Of a stretch of DNA of 64,000 nt, positions 1 to 9,691 are shown in pieces. The number at the start of each line of letters is the position of its first letter. Within the stretch, counting starts at the first letter, position 1. Both the position numbers and the translations under genes were made by a program. The notes under the pieces are model-generated. The model was not told the origin of the DNA. It worked only from the letters and a program-made list of their open reading frames with translations, and did no database searches. The stretch comes from an uncultured Spirochaetota bacterium (GTDB lineage: Bacteria; Spirochaetota; Brevinematia; Brevinematales; JAOACQ01). The stretch lies in assembly GCA_963768055.1 (NCBI GenBank), contig CAVYGN010000002.1:1504001-1568000 (forward strand), read 5' to 3'.

Positions 1-134
1 CCGAAACTATCATACAGTCGGGTTCAACATTCCCCTTTATTAGAATATTACCGTTATGCTTTATCGGAGGCGAACCGGAAGGAATGGTGCGGGAAATTTC
101 CAGGAGATTGGAAGACATAACTCATTCCTTAAGT

Positions 135-1664
135 TTATTCGATGAGGTTGAGCAGCGTCAGGAGGCCGTTTTTTTCATCGGAACAGTCTACGCTTGAAAT
201 TTCAGCACCTATATTGATATGGTCGGAATTAGCGAAAATTTCCCTTACTGAAAAGGTTATGGAATTTTTTAAATCGTTAATGTCATTTTCAAAGACTTCG
301 GGCAGGATGAGGAGCACTTTGGTTGTTCCATACCGCAATGCGCTTGCCGTATTCGGCAGCAGGACCGATATCTTTTCATAGAGCGACGATAATTTCTCGG
401 TTGCCGTAGAATCGCCGAATTTCTTTATATACTTTGAAATATTTGTAAGTTTGACCATGATAAGGTGGATGGCTACTCCGAATTTGCGGGCCTTAACGAT
501 CTCTTTCTGTATAAGCTCCTGGACCGCCTCGAAAGGCTTAATGCTTATTTCCCTGTTTATTCCAAGCTGCTTGGTCAGAGCCAGGGGCGGCGCGATCTGG
601 GAGGCGATTATAGAAAATAGGTTTATCAGTTCCATGTTGTCCGGATTGATGGAATAATTTTCAAAACTGAAAACAAATATGGCTCCGATTTTAGTTCCGC
701 TTGACACTAGCGGCATGAAGAGGTAACTGTCCTCAATAACGCCGGAGTCAGGCAGCCTTGCAGGGATGTTCAATATTCCGGCGCAATTTGAAAAAAATAA
801 ATTTTCTTCCCCTGCAATCAATTCGAGAGGACGGTTTAAAAGGTTTTCCGGCAATCCGATAACTTTTCTAACGACAGGGCCGTCGGCTTCGAAAGAAAGC
901 AGAATAGCCCTGCGCGCGCCGAAACCTGTAGTGATAGTCTCGGTTATCAAACCCAGGACAGACTGGTAGTCGTCGCTTGAATTAATTACTTTGCTTATTT
1001 CATACAGAGAGGAAAGCTCTCCGAGTTTTTTTTCCAGAGCGCCGTAAAGCCTTGCGTTTTCTATAGCTATTCCGGATAGGGAAGCAACGGTGTAAATGAA
1101 AGAGCTTTCATCGGAGGTATATGCTCCCCCCTCTTTTTGTCCGAGAACTATGAGTCCGGTTAAATTTTCCCTATTTTTTACAGGTACAATCAGCCCTGCC
1201 CTGGTAAACTTTAATAGCTGGTATTGGTCGGGAAATTCCTGGATTTTATCAATAGATACTGTGCCGTTCAGCTTAGTTAAAAAAAGCCTGAAATCATTCC
1301 CGGATGGTATTAAATTTAGATCCTCAAACCCTTTCTTCTCTATGAGACGGGCACCTTTTTCCGATAAGGCAAATATTGCCACATCGGAAATCCTGAATTG
1401 ACCCATAATAGTGAATATTATGATCTGCATCAATTCCTGAAGATGCAATGTAGAGTTTATCTCTTTGCCGATATCTAAAAGGGTCTGCATATCGAGGAGT
1501 TTACGGTCAAGCTCCCCTTTCACGGATTTCAGGTAATCTTCTATCTTGCTTTTAAGGATTTGAATTTGCCCGGGATCACCGGAATAATTGTTGAAAATTA
1601 CTCCGATATCATCAAGTTCTTGACCCTTCTCTCTGTATCGGAGGGCCCTGTTTCTCAGACCCAT
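135..1664 (-). CDS. Tandem GAF-domain protein with degenerate C-terminal GGDEF-like domain
   Basis: Two GAF-type segments (LIVPVK..GLIVLG..SGIAIENARLY; FMPLV..GAIFV..IASQIA). The C-terminus has a cyclase-like pattern (KYIKKFG..LRYGTTKV) without GGDEF. Confidence 0.75.
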   Translation of the reverse strand: MGLRNRALRYREKGQELDDIGVIFNNYSGDPGQIQILKSKIEDYLKSVKGELDRKLLDMQTLLDIGKEINSTLHLQELMQIIIFTIMGQFRISDVAIFALSEKGARLIEKKGFEDLNLIPSGNDFRLFLTKLNGTVSIDKIQEFPDQYQLLKFTRAGLIVPVKNRENLTGLIVLGQKEGGAYTSDESSFIYTVASLSGIAIENARLYGALEKKLGELSSLYEISKVINSSDDYQSVLGLITETITTGFGARRAILLSFEADGPVVRKVIGLPENLLNRPLELIAGEENLFFSNCAGILNIPARLPDSGVIEDSYLFMPLVSSGTKIGAIFVFSFENYSINPDNMELINLFSIIASQIAPPLALTKQLGINREISIKPFEAVQELIQKEIVKARKFGVAIHLIMVKLTNISKYIKKFGDSTATEKLSSLYEKISVLLPNTASALRYGTTKVLLILPEVFENDINDLKNSITFSVREIFANSDHINIGAEISSVDCSDEKNGLLTLLNLIE

Positions 1665-1679
1665 TTAAGCGATTTCCCC

Positions 1680-2789
1680 TTATATCCCTAATTTGCTTAA
1701 AATTTTCACATATAGATCGTAATACTCTGATTTCGCGAATTCCTTGATTTTATCTTCCGGAAGATTTTCAAGGAGATTGTCCAGATAACCGAGGACCTTC
1801 CTGAGTTCTTCTTTGGAAGAATCGCTTAATACGTCTATTTTAGACTCTATAACCTGTTCTTTAATCTCTTTATTCTCATCACTTTCAAACATGTAAGCGC
1901 CAGGTGATATCTTTTCCGCTTCCGGCATTCCTTCTTCGATCCTGTTTAACTCGTCCAGAGAAATTTCAACATTTTCCTCTTCAATCGGCGGGAAGGATTC
2001 CTGTACTACGGGTACCTCCGGGGCTGTCGGTGTTTCATAATCAACCACATTTTCTTCGGAAATATCGATTTTATTAAGTTCATCGAGTGAAAGCGCTATC
2101 GGTTCATCCTCTTCCACTTCGGAAACATCCGGTATGGCTGATAAATCGAAATTAAAATCTGTTTCGGCAGGCTCTTCTTTAACAGGAGGCATTTCTTCTC
2201 TCTGCAGGTCTATAGGCGGAATAAAGTTTTCTTCTTTTACGGGTTGTTCCATCGCAGCCGGTATTTCCTCTTCTATCTTTGATTCTTCGATAATGGGAAT
2301 GTCGCCAATATCCGTCGGGCGGGAAGCCATTTCTTCAGTCGTAAAGCCGCTGTATATAAGCCTGTCTAGCTCGTTCCCTTCAATCGATATAATATCATCC
2401 TCCGAAGTAAATGACTGATCCAATGGAACCTTTTCATTTGACATTTCAATTGTTTCGGATGGTTCTATTGGTCCAGGCATTTCCTCCGCCATAAAAGCGG
2501 GGGCTACGGGTATTTCAGGTTCGGGAATGTTTTGAATTGAATCAAGATTAGGCATCTGCATGTTTTCGTTTTGGTCTTCCAATGGCATCTGGAGAGGTTC
2601 AAAAGATATTTCTTCTATCGGGGGGGAAATATCTTCATGCTTTCCGGTTCCCGGGGATTTCTCTTTTTCTCCAGGTACAGCATTTTCAAATTCATTCACA
2701 TCACTCAGTTCCACATCATCAAGGGTAATGGTCTCGATATTCATATCAGTAATTATATCGTCTAAAATTTCAATCTTGTCATCCGGCAT
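1680..2789 (-). CDS. Acidic, low-complexity protein with conserved-looking C-terminal helical domain
   Basis: 369-aa ORF, very D/E/P-rich, with recurring I/LSLDELN.I motifs; ends LGYLDNLLENLPEDKIKEFAKSEYYDLY; GAGG RBS upstream. Confidence 0.7.
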   Translation of the reverse strand: MPDDKIEILDDIITDMNIETITLDDVELSDVNEFENAVPGEKEKSPGTGKHEDISPPIEEISFEPLQMPLEDQNENMQMPNLDSIQNIPEPEIPVAPAFMAEEMPGPIEPSETIEMSNEKVPLDQSFTSEDDIISIEGNELDRLIYSGFTTEEMASRPTDIGDIPIIEESKIEEEIPAAMEQPVKEENFIPPIDLQREEMPPVKEEPAETDFNFDLSAIPDVSEVEEDEPIALSLDELNKIDISEENVVDYETPTAPEVPVVQESFPPIEEENVEISLDELNRIEEGMPEAEKISPGAYMFESDENKEIKEQVIESKIDVLSDSSKEELRKVLGYLDNLLENLPEDKIKEFAKSEYYDLYVKILSKLGI

Positions 2790-2806
2790 AGACTGACCTC
2801 GCTTTT

Positions 2807-3217
2807 TTATCCTGATATATTCAGGCTGCTGGTTTTTAGAGGGCTATCGACATTTTTTTCTTTCTTTAACAATTCTTCCCAAGCGCCTTTCAAAGTGCTG
2901 AGAAGATGGTTTATCTCATTTATTATTTCGGAATTTTTCTCAATATTCGCCTCAAGCAGGCGCCTGTTTATATAAATATAAAGGCTGTACAGATTATGTG
3001 CTATTTCACCGGCTTCAAAATTTAGTGAAGTCATCAACTCCGAAACTATATCCTGGGCTTTAATGATATTGTTATTTGCAATATCAAGTTTTTTATTCTT
3101 AATTCCTTCCTTGGCAATATTCAGAAATTTAATAGCACCTGCATAGAGCATAACAACAAGCCTCAAACCGCTGGCAGTCTCTATTTCAACTTCACGGTAA
3201 TTTTTATATCCCTCCAT
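2807..3217 (-). CDS. fliS: Flagellar export chaperone FliS
   Basis: Y.EVEIETAS..LVVMLYAGAIKFL..KAQDIVSELMTSLNFEAG.EIAHNLYSLYIY..AW pattern. ATG at 3217 chosen over the upstream TTG. Confidence 0.93.
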   Translation of the reverse strand: MEGYKNYREVEIETASGLRLVVMLYAGAIKFLNIAKEGIKNKKLDIANNNIIKAQDIVSELMTSLNFEAGEIAHNLYSLYIYINRRLLEANIEKNSEIINEINHLLSTLKGAWEELLKKEKNVDSPLKTSSLNISG

Positions 3218-3293
3218 GCAGACCCGCCTTACCAAAATTCCTATTTATAAATCGGTTACTTATATGTTAAATCGGCATGAAAAGAGCATTTCT

Positions 3294-3514
3294 TTAAGGA
3301 CAGTTCTAAAAACCCCCGGACAAGCCGGGATAAACGCCTTTTCAATGCGGCAAGGTAGTGCTTGCGTTTATACGCAAGTATAAATGCACCTGTCCTGGGG
3401 ACTGGCACCAGTCCAGGCACCAGGGCCCATAGGGTTTATGCCCGTAGGGTACGGTTTCATTGCTATTAGAACTTCATTTATTAAAAATAACTTCATTTTT
3501 GGAACCGCCCTTAA
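3294..3514. mobile_element. MITE-like element with TTAA-bounded imperfect terminal inverted repeats
   Basis: Left TTAAGGACAGTTCTAAAAA, right TTTTTGGAACCGCCCTTAA; no ORF; a related copy lies at 15164-15283. Confidence 0.65.
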
Positions 3515-3568
3515 GTCGTTCCCTCTTTAATGGCATAATATATTATTTACGGAAAAAACTTACTAAAT

Positions 3569-4315
3569 TTATCCTTTCTTTTGAAAGGCTTCGAAAAGGT
3601 CCATTGGCAGAGGGAAAACTATAGTAGTAGCGTTTTCATTGGATATTTCTATCAATGTCTGTAAATACCTGAGCTGGATCGTTATTTTTTCCTGGCTCAT
3701 TGTCCTGGCCGCTTCGAGGAGTTTCTGAGAGGCCTGCAATTCGCCATCCGCTTTTATAATCTTGGCCCTTCTTTCCCTGTCGGCCTCTGCCTGCATGGCC
3801 ATTGCCCTTTTCATTTCCTGGGGCAGGACCACGTCCTTGACCTCGACGTTGGAAACTTTTATACCCCAGGGATCTGTTGCTAGATCAATGATCTCCTGGA
3901 GCCTTTCGTTAATCTTTTCCCTTTGAGCGAGAAGGTCGTCAAGTTCAGACTGTCCGAGCACGCTGCGGAGGGTGGTCTGAGATATCTGTGAAGTTGCGAA
4001 CATATAATCCTCAACTTCGATTATCGCTTTTTCAGGGTGGATTATTCGAAAATAAACAACAGCGTTCACGCTGATCGATACATTATCCTTGGTTATTACA
4101 TCCTGCGGGGGCACATCGAGTGTAACTGTCCTTAATCCTACCTTTACCGGGCGGTCTATGCCCGGAATGATTACGACAAGCCCCGGACCCTTGACTTTAA
4201 AGAATTTTCCGAGCCTGAAAACCACCAGCCTTTCATACTCGGTTACAATTTTCAGGACGAGAAAAAGAAGTATTATAACGAATATAGCTACGTAAACATA
4301 AGCGATATTGAACAT
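3569..4315 (-). CDS. SPFH/stomatin (slipin) family protein
   Basis: N-terminal [50 protein letters not shown]. Confidence 0.93.
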   Translation of the reverse strand: MFNIAYVYVAIFVIILLFLVLKIVTEYERLVVFRLGKFFKVKGPGLVVIIPGIDRPVKVGLRTVTLDVPPQDVITKDNVSISVNAVVYFRIIHPEKAIIEVEDYMFATSQISQTTLRSVLGQSELDDLLAQREKINERLQEIIDLATDPWGIKVSNVEVKDVVLPQEMKRAMAMQAEADRERRAKIIKADGELQASQKLLEAARTMSQEKITIQLRYLQTLIEISNENATTIVFPLPMDLFEAFQKKG

Positions 4316-4487
4316 GAAAGGGCCTCCAATCGATTATTTTATTTAAATTTAAATAAATTAGCCTGCCGGCGGCAAGGCTTATTATATGTTAAATTTCCCC
4401 TTATTTAATGTCAAGGATTTTCTTTTTCGGCATCTGTGAAGCCGTAAAAACTGGTGAAGGGGTCCTCCAAAATCCCTGTTCTTTCCC

Positions 4488-4759
4488 GGCTGATTCAAAA
4501 CAATATACAATTTGGTATGAAACAAATTTTATTGCGCATAATGAAGTAAGCGCTAGAGTTGCCGTTGAAAAACGGCGAAAGCAAGCGTTTATCAAAGACC
4601 GATCATTTAATTTAGATTCATAAATATATTAAAAAATTTCTTTATTAAATAAGCATTCAATCAACGCTTGCCGCCGTTTTGAAACGCTGCAACTCTAGCT
4701 TACAAATCCAGCGTAATAAAATTTGATTTTATAAACATTGATATGTTGTTTGAACAGCC
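4488..4759. repeat. Long (about 100-bp arm) imperfect inverted repeat, probable non-autonomous element
   Basis: 4488-4590 aligns with the reverse complement of 4663-4759 (shared blocks CAAATTTTATT, GTAAG, GCTAGAGTTGC, AAAACGGCG, GCAAGCGTT) around an AT-rich core. Confidence 0.7.
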
Positions 4760-4910
4760 CCAATGGTTAATCACTATGCAAAATTCATATTAACTGATTA
4801 ATAATTAATCATATGGTGATATATTACGCAAATTATAAATTTTATTTATAAATATATAATTTCAATTCTGTTAATTAGTTATAAATTATTAGTTCAAATA
4901 TTAAGCATGC

Positions 4911-4926
4911 TGGCATCCTATTTGCA
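4911..4926 (+). promoter_or_regulatory. Sigma-54 (-24/-12) promoter of amtB
   Basis: TGGCAT-CCTAT-TTGCA matches TGGCAC-N5-TTGCW. It ends 36 bp before the amtB ATG and follows an AT-rich tract. Confidence 0.8.
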
Positions 4927-4962
4927 TTGAGTTAATGATGTGTTAAGCGAAAAGGAGGTAAT

Positions 4963-6366
4963 ATGAAAAGATTAACACTGAAATTCTGGATAGGACTGGC
5001 CATGGTCCTTCTGCCGGCGGCCGGGCTTTTCGCGGATAACGCCAAACCCGGGCCGATCATCAATTCGGGAGATACTGCGTGGCTTTTAACATCATCGGCC
5101 CTGGTACTGCTTATGACCATCCCCGCACTGGCTCTTTTTTATGGCGGTCTCGTCAGAAAAAAGAACATTTTATCCGTCATTTATTACAGCTTTGCCTGCG
5201 CGATTGTAATCAGCATACTCTGGGTAATCTGCGAGTACAGCTTGATCTTTAATGTTTCGACTCCGCTGGAGTTCAACCCGGACGGGTCCCTGGCCAAGAA
5301 AACAACTGACGCGGCGGCGGCTGTACATGGCCTGCTGCAGTGGGTCGGCACGCTGAAATCAGCCTTTTTCAACGGGATCGGGGTTAATACCGTTAATTTT
5401 AACGGGCCGACCGTTCCTGAAAATGCTTACTCGATGTTCCAGCTCATGTTTGCAATCATAACAGTGGCTTTGATCTCGGGAGCTATAGCCGAGCGCATGA
5501 GTTTTATAGGGTGGTTCGTGTTTTTAATCCTCTGGTCTTTCCTGGTTTACACTCCGATCGCCCATTTAGTGTGGAACCCGGAAGGATTTTTGGCTCAAAA
5601 AGGAGCTCTTGATTTTGCAGGCGGCCTGGTTGTTCATGCGTCTTCCGGCGTATCGGCCTTAGTGGCATGTATTGTCCTCGGACCGAGGGCGGGATTCCGG
5701 AAAAATCCGATTTCACCCCCTGCAAACATAGGATATGTATTTATCGGGGCCGTTTTACTATGGGTCGGATGGTTCGGGTTTAACGCGGGAAGCGCTGTGG
5801 CTGCAAACGGCCTGGCTTCGAGCGCGTTCATGGTAACCCATACCGCTGCCGCAATGGCCGCCCTGACCTGGCTTATCCTTGAATGGATCATTATGAAAAA
5901 GCCAAGCGTCGTAGGCGCTTGCACCGGAGCCGTAGCCGGACTTGTCGCCATTACGCCCGCTTCAGGATTCGTTAACCTCGGCGGCGCACTTGTAATCGGA
6001 ATCGTGGTAAGCCTGATTTCCTTTACATTTATGGCTGTATTCCGTAAGATATTCAAATATGATGACGCTCTCGATGTCTTCAGTGTTCATGGGCTCGGCG
6101 GAACCTGGGGTGCTCTTGCAACCGGCATATTCGCAGTCTCAGCGGTCAATTCTGCCGGCAAAGGCCTCGTGGACGGAAATCCCGGCCAGGTATTGATACA
6201 GCTTATGTCAATAGGAATAGCCTGGGGTATCGCTGTTGCCGGGACGCTGATTTGCCTGTTCCTTACTAACCTGATCACCGGCGGCAGATTGCGCGTTACT
6301 GTAAAGGAAGAAGCTGAAGGGCTCGATATATCTCAGCACGGCGAACAAATTGAATCTGCCAATTAA
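4963..6366 (+). CDS. amtB: Ammonium transporter
   Basis: Signal peptide, GDTAWLL, FYGGLVR, FQLMFAIIT, DFAGGLVVH, GWFGFNAGS, DDALDVFSVHG; AGGAGG RBS. Confidence 0.97.
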   Translation: MKRLTLKFWIGLAMVLLPAAGLFADNAKPGPIINSGDTAWLLTSSALVLLMTIPALALFYGGLVRKKNILSVIYYSFACAIVISILWVICEYSLIFNVSTPLEFNPDGSLAKKTTDAAAAVHGLLQWVGTLKSAFFNGIGVNTVNFNGPTVPENAYSMFQLMFAIITVALISGAIAERMSFIGWFVFLILWSFLVYTPIAHLVWNPEGFLAQKGALDFAGGLVVHASSGVSALVACIVLGPRAGFRKNPISPPANIGYVFIGAVLLWVGWFGFNAGSAVAANGLASSAFMVTHTAAAMAALTWLILEWIIMKKPSVVGACTGAVAGLVAITPASGFVNLGGALVIGIVVSLISFTFMAVFRKIFKYDDALDVFSVHGLGGTWGALATGIFAVSAVNSAGKGLVDGNPGQVLIQLMSIGIAWGIAVAGTLICLFLTNLITGGRLRVTVKEEAEGLDISQHGEQIESAN

Positions 6367-6381
6367 AGATCGGAGGAATAT

Positions 6382-6720
6382 ATGAAAAAAATCGAAGCTA
6401 TAATAAGGCCTGATAAACTGGAAGCGGTTGTTGAAAAGCTTTCCGAACTAGGATACTCCGGTTTGAATTATACTGAAGTACAGGGCCATGGAAGACAGAA
6501 AGGTATGAAAGAGCTTTTCAGGGGAAGGGAATATGAAATTAAATTCATTCCCAAGATTAAAATAGAAATTGTCACAAATGACAATACCGCAGAGAAGATC
6601 ATTGACGCTATAGTTGAAACAGCGGCTACCGGCCAGATCGGCGACGGGAAGATCTTTATTTCTAAAATTGAAGATGTCGTCAGGGTAAGGACCAAGGAAA
6701 GGGGCGAAGTAGCCATATAA
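6382..6720 (+). CDS. glnK: P-II nitrogen regulatory protein (GlnK/GlnB)
   Basis: 112 aa; GHGRQKG, T-loop with Tyr51 (RGREY), TGQIGDGKIF; directly downstream of amtB. Confidence 0.93.
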   Translation: MKKIEAIIRPDKLEAVVEKLSELGYSGLNYTEVQGHGRQKGMKELFRGREYEIKFIPKIKIEIVTNDNTAEKIIDAIVETAATGQIGDGKIFISKIEDVVRVRTKERGEVAI

Positions 6721-6738
6721 TTAAAAATAGATCATTAT

Positions 6739-6772
6739 AGCCCCGCCCCTTTAAAAGGCGGGGCTGTTTTTT
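6739..6772 (+). terminator. Rho-independent terminator
   Basis: AGCCCCGCC-ccttTAaaa-GGCGGGGCT hairpin followed by a T tract, between glnK and glnD. Confidence 0.75.
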
Positions 6773-6791
6773 CGTCCCATAGGAAGGCAGA

Positions 6792-9413
6792 ATGAACGAT
6801 AAAGAAATCTTAGGCGAGATTACAGGAATCCCCGTAACCGGGGACAGGAAAAATTTTATAGAATCGATAAAAAAAATCGAAAAGTTCATCTTCGATTACT
6901 TAAAATTGGAAGTGACCGCCGGCTGGTCATTCGGCAAAGGAATAAAGACCTCTAATGAGCTCTCATTATTCAGGGACTGCATCATTGAAAGAGTGATAGA
7001 GTTTTCGGGCGGAATACCTGAAGGGATAGCGCTAATGGCCGTAGGCGGATACGGAAGGAGCGAACTTTCTCCCTATTCGGATATAGATCTTCTTATCCTT
7101 CATACCGAAAGGGCGCCCGTCGAAAAATTTGTGCATGAATTCGTTACTATTTTATGGGATTGCGGCTATCATATGAGCTACAGCGTCAGGACCCTTGACA
7201 ATATGTCTCTTCACGCCAGGGAAGACATAGAGTTCCTTACAAGTCTTTTCGAGGCCAGATTTCTTAAAGGTGACAATAATCTTTACAGGGGGATGGAGAA
7301 AGCCCTTAAAAAGCTGATCGTTTCATTCAGGGTGAGCTACCTTAAATCTCAAATGGAACAGTTGAATTCTCTGATCGGGGATCCTGCCAATGAGATTCTT
7401 TTAAAGGAGCCCGATATAAAAAAAGGCATCGGCGGTTTAAGGAGCGTGCACCTCATGGAATGGCTGAATTTCGCTTTCACCCTTCATAAAGGGCTGGCAG
7501 GTTTAAAAGTTACCCTCCCGTTGTTGTATTACAAAAAAACGTTTGCCGCTTATGATTTCCTTTTATTCATCCGCTGCGTTCTTCATCTTGAGAGCAGGCG
7601 CAAAAACGATCGTTTCCAGATGGGCGACCAGTTTTCAATTTCCGGCCTGTTTTTTCCTTCCAGTGAAGAAGAGGCAAGGGCCTCTAAATTGATGAAAAAG
7701 TATTACGGCAAATCCGAAGACATATTTTTGTCTCTGCTGTTCGTTATCGACGAATTCCATCTAAAATATATAAAAGGTGTAAAAAACCTGAAAGGGGAAC
7801 ATGGGAATACCATCGAAGGCCATTATGCGATTTTCAACAAGCGTTTCTATATAAGGGAAGGGACGGATTTTTCGGCTCAAAACGCTTTTCAGGCTGTATA
7901 TATCTACTGTAAAAAGGAGTGTGTTTTTACCTTCAGCATGGTTCATTATTTAAAGGAATGCGCAAGAAGGATGGACGACGGCGACAGAAAATCCAGGGAT
8001 ATTTTTTACCTGTTCAGGAAGATACTTTCCCTCGATAATGCGGCCGCCGCGCTTATCGTAATGAAATATTCGGGACTTCTTTACGAATATCTGTACCCTT
8101 TTAAAAAAATCAGGCACCTGATCGTATACAACCCCTATCATCAATTTACAGTTGACGAACATGCCCTTGAATCTGTTCATGCTTTGGGAATATTGAACTC
8201 AAAAGCGAACGATCAAAAAAACAAGTATAAATACCCCCATTTTACGGAGATCAGCGCTTTTTATAAGAAAAATATATGGCTTATCAGGCTGTCGCTTCTG
8301 CTTCATGATATCGGCAAGGCTTACGGCGGCGATCATCCGAAAAACGGTGTTGAAATGGCAGCCGATCTTTTTAAGCTTCTTCCTGTTAAAACCATGGAAC
8401 GGGAGCTTGTCCTCTTCCTTATAGACAACCATCTTCTGCTTTCCAATATTATAAGAAGAAGCAATATCACCGATCCGGCTCTTCTCAGGGACCTGGCTGC
8501 AAGATTTATAATGACGCCGTTTCCAGGCGAATATTTCGATTACCTTTATATTATTACTTATTGCGATATCTATGCCACAAAACCCACAAATTTCAAAAGC
8601 TACCTGGCGGAACTCATGTCATTATTATACAGAAATGTAATTCCATATTTAGGGCTGAATAAAAACCTTTCCGCCCAGGTTTATGAAAGCCCGGACCCAT
8701 CCGGGGAAATAGGGCAATTCATCAGGGAAATGGGATTATCTTATTCAGTACAGAACCAGGAAAATGAAATTCGAGACGATTATATTGTTTTAGGTTCTTT
8801 AAATGAAACGGAAATACAGATTAAAGTCAGGAGTTATAATGATTATTTCAAGGTGAAAATGTTCGCTTTCGATAAAAAAGGGCTTTTTTCCTTTTTCTGC
8901 GGCGTACTTACCCTTAACGGGGCTGATATCGTAAGAGCGGAAGTAAATACATACAAAGGGACCGCGATCGACGAATTTACCGTCACGAGAATTTTCGGTA
9001 TAGATTTTATGGAAAAAATGAAAGATGAACTCGACCTGTGGTCAAGGGACCTCGAGAGGCTGATAAAGACTTATCAATTCGATGAAGCCGGCCTTAAGTT
9101 TGCTATTGAGGCGATGAAAAAAAAGATCAAAAACCCCCCTGCGGTCTTTTTCAGAAAATCGGAAATCCATATTGAAATAAAAGGCGGCAGAGCATTTATG
9201 ATGGAGATTTCGGGCATGGACAGGCCGGCCCTTTTATTCGATGCTGCCGGTTTTATTTCGAAAAAGGGCATCGAAATTCAGAGCGCCCATATCGATACTA
9301 TGGGCTGGTATGTTCATGATATATTCGAACTTAACTCAAGCGCCGGCCTGGATGAAAATGAGAGGAAGAGGATAATTGAGGGGCTTGCTGAGATACTGAA
9401 TCAAGATAAATAG
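6792..9413 (+). CDS. glnD: [Protein-PII] uridylyltransferase/uridylyl-removing enzyme
   Basis: NTase motif AVGGYGRSELSPYSDIDLL, EPDIKKGIGGLR, HD domain (YHQFTVDEH..LLHDIGK), two C-terminal ACT-like domains (DKKGLF, DRPALL). Confidence 0.9.
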   Translation: MNDKEILGEITGIPVTGDRKNFIESIKKIEKFIFDYLKLEVTAGWSFGKGIKTSNELSLFRDCIIERVIEFSGGIPEGIALMAVGGYGRSELSPYSDIDLLILHTERAPVEKFVHEFVTILWDCGYHMSYSVRTLDNMSLHAREDIEFLTSLFEARFLKGDNNLYRGMEKALKKLIVSFRVSYLKSQMEQLNSLIGDPANEILLKEPDIKKGIGGLRSVHLMEWLNFAFTLHKGLAGLKVTLPLLYYKKTFAAYDFLLFIRCVLHLESRRKNDRFQMGDQFSISGLFFPSSEEEARASKLMKKYYGKSEDIFLSLLFVIDEFHLKYIKGVKNLKGEHGNTIEGHYAIFNKRFYIREGTDFSAQNAFQAVYIYCKKECVFTFSMVHYLKECARRMDDGDRKSRDIFYLFRKILSLDNAAAALIVMKYSGLLYEYLYPFKKIRHLIVYNPYHQFTVDEHALESVHALGILNSKANDQKNKYKYPHFTEISAFYKKNIWLIRLSLLLHDIGKAYGGDHPKNGVEMAADLFKLLPVKTMERELVLFLIDNHLLLSNIIRRSNITDPALLRDLAARFIMTPFPGEYFDYLYIITYCDIYATKPTNFKSYLAELMSLLYRNVIPYLGLNKNLSAQVYESPDPSGEIGQFIREMGLSYSVQNQENEIRDDYIVLGSLNETEIQIKVRSYNDYFKVKMFAFDKKGLFSFFCGVLTLNGADIVRAEVNTYKGTAIDEFTVTRIFGIDFMEKMKDELDLWSRDLERLIKTYQFDEAGLKFAIEAMKKKIKNPPAVFFRKSEIHIEIKGGRAFMMEISGMDRPALLFDAAGFISKKGIEIQSAHIDTMGWYVHDIFELNSSAGLDENERKRIIEGLAEILNQDK

Positions 9414-9691
9414 ATTACAAATTTAAACCACAGATTCCACTGATGAAAAATCCTCTTTCGTGGGTAATGACAAAGAAGTTAATCGGGAATTAACCGCAAA
9501 GCCGCCAGAGGGATTGTCCTGTAAGGACGCAATGTGGTTTGCTATTACTATATCATAACTATCTGGTTCCCATCGGCTAATTTGACAAGAACCGGGGCGT
9601 GAAATAAAATTTCTCCGGAATGTAAATATCTCTTATTGATAGAATTTCGATAATAATACACGGCACAACTATCTTGTTTAGGGAGGTTTTT

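Noticed and set aside
1..134. 3' end of a plus-strand gene
   Set aside because: Two frames are open and neither can be identified.
4401..4623. Two short overlapping ORFs
   Set aside because: They overlap the long inverted repeat and have no RBS or motif.
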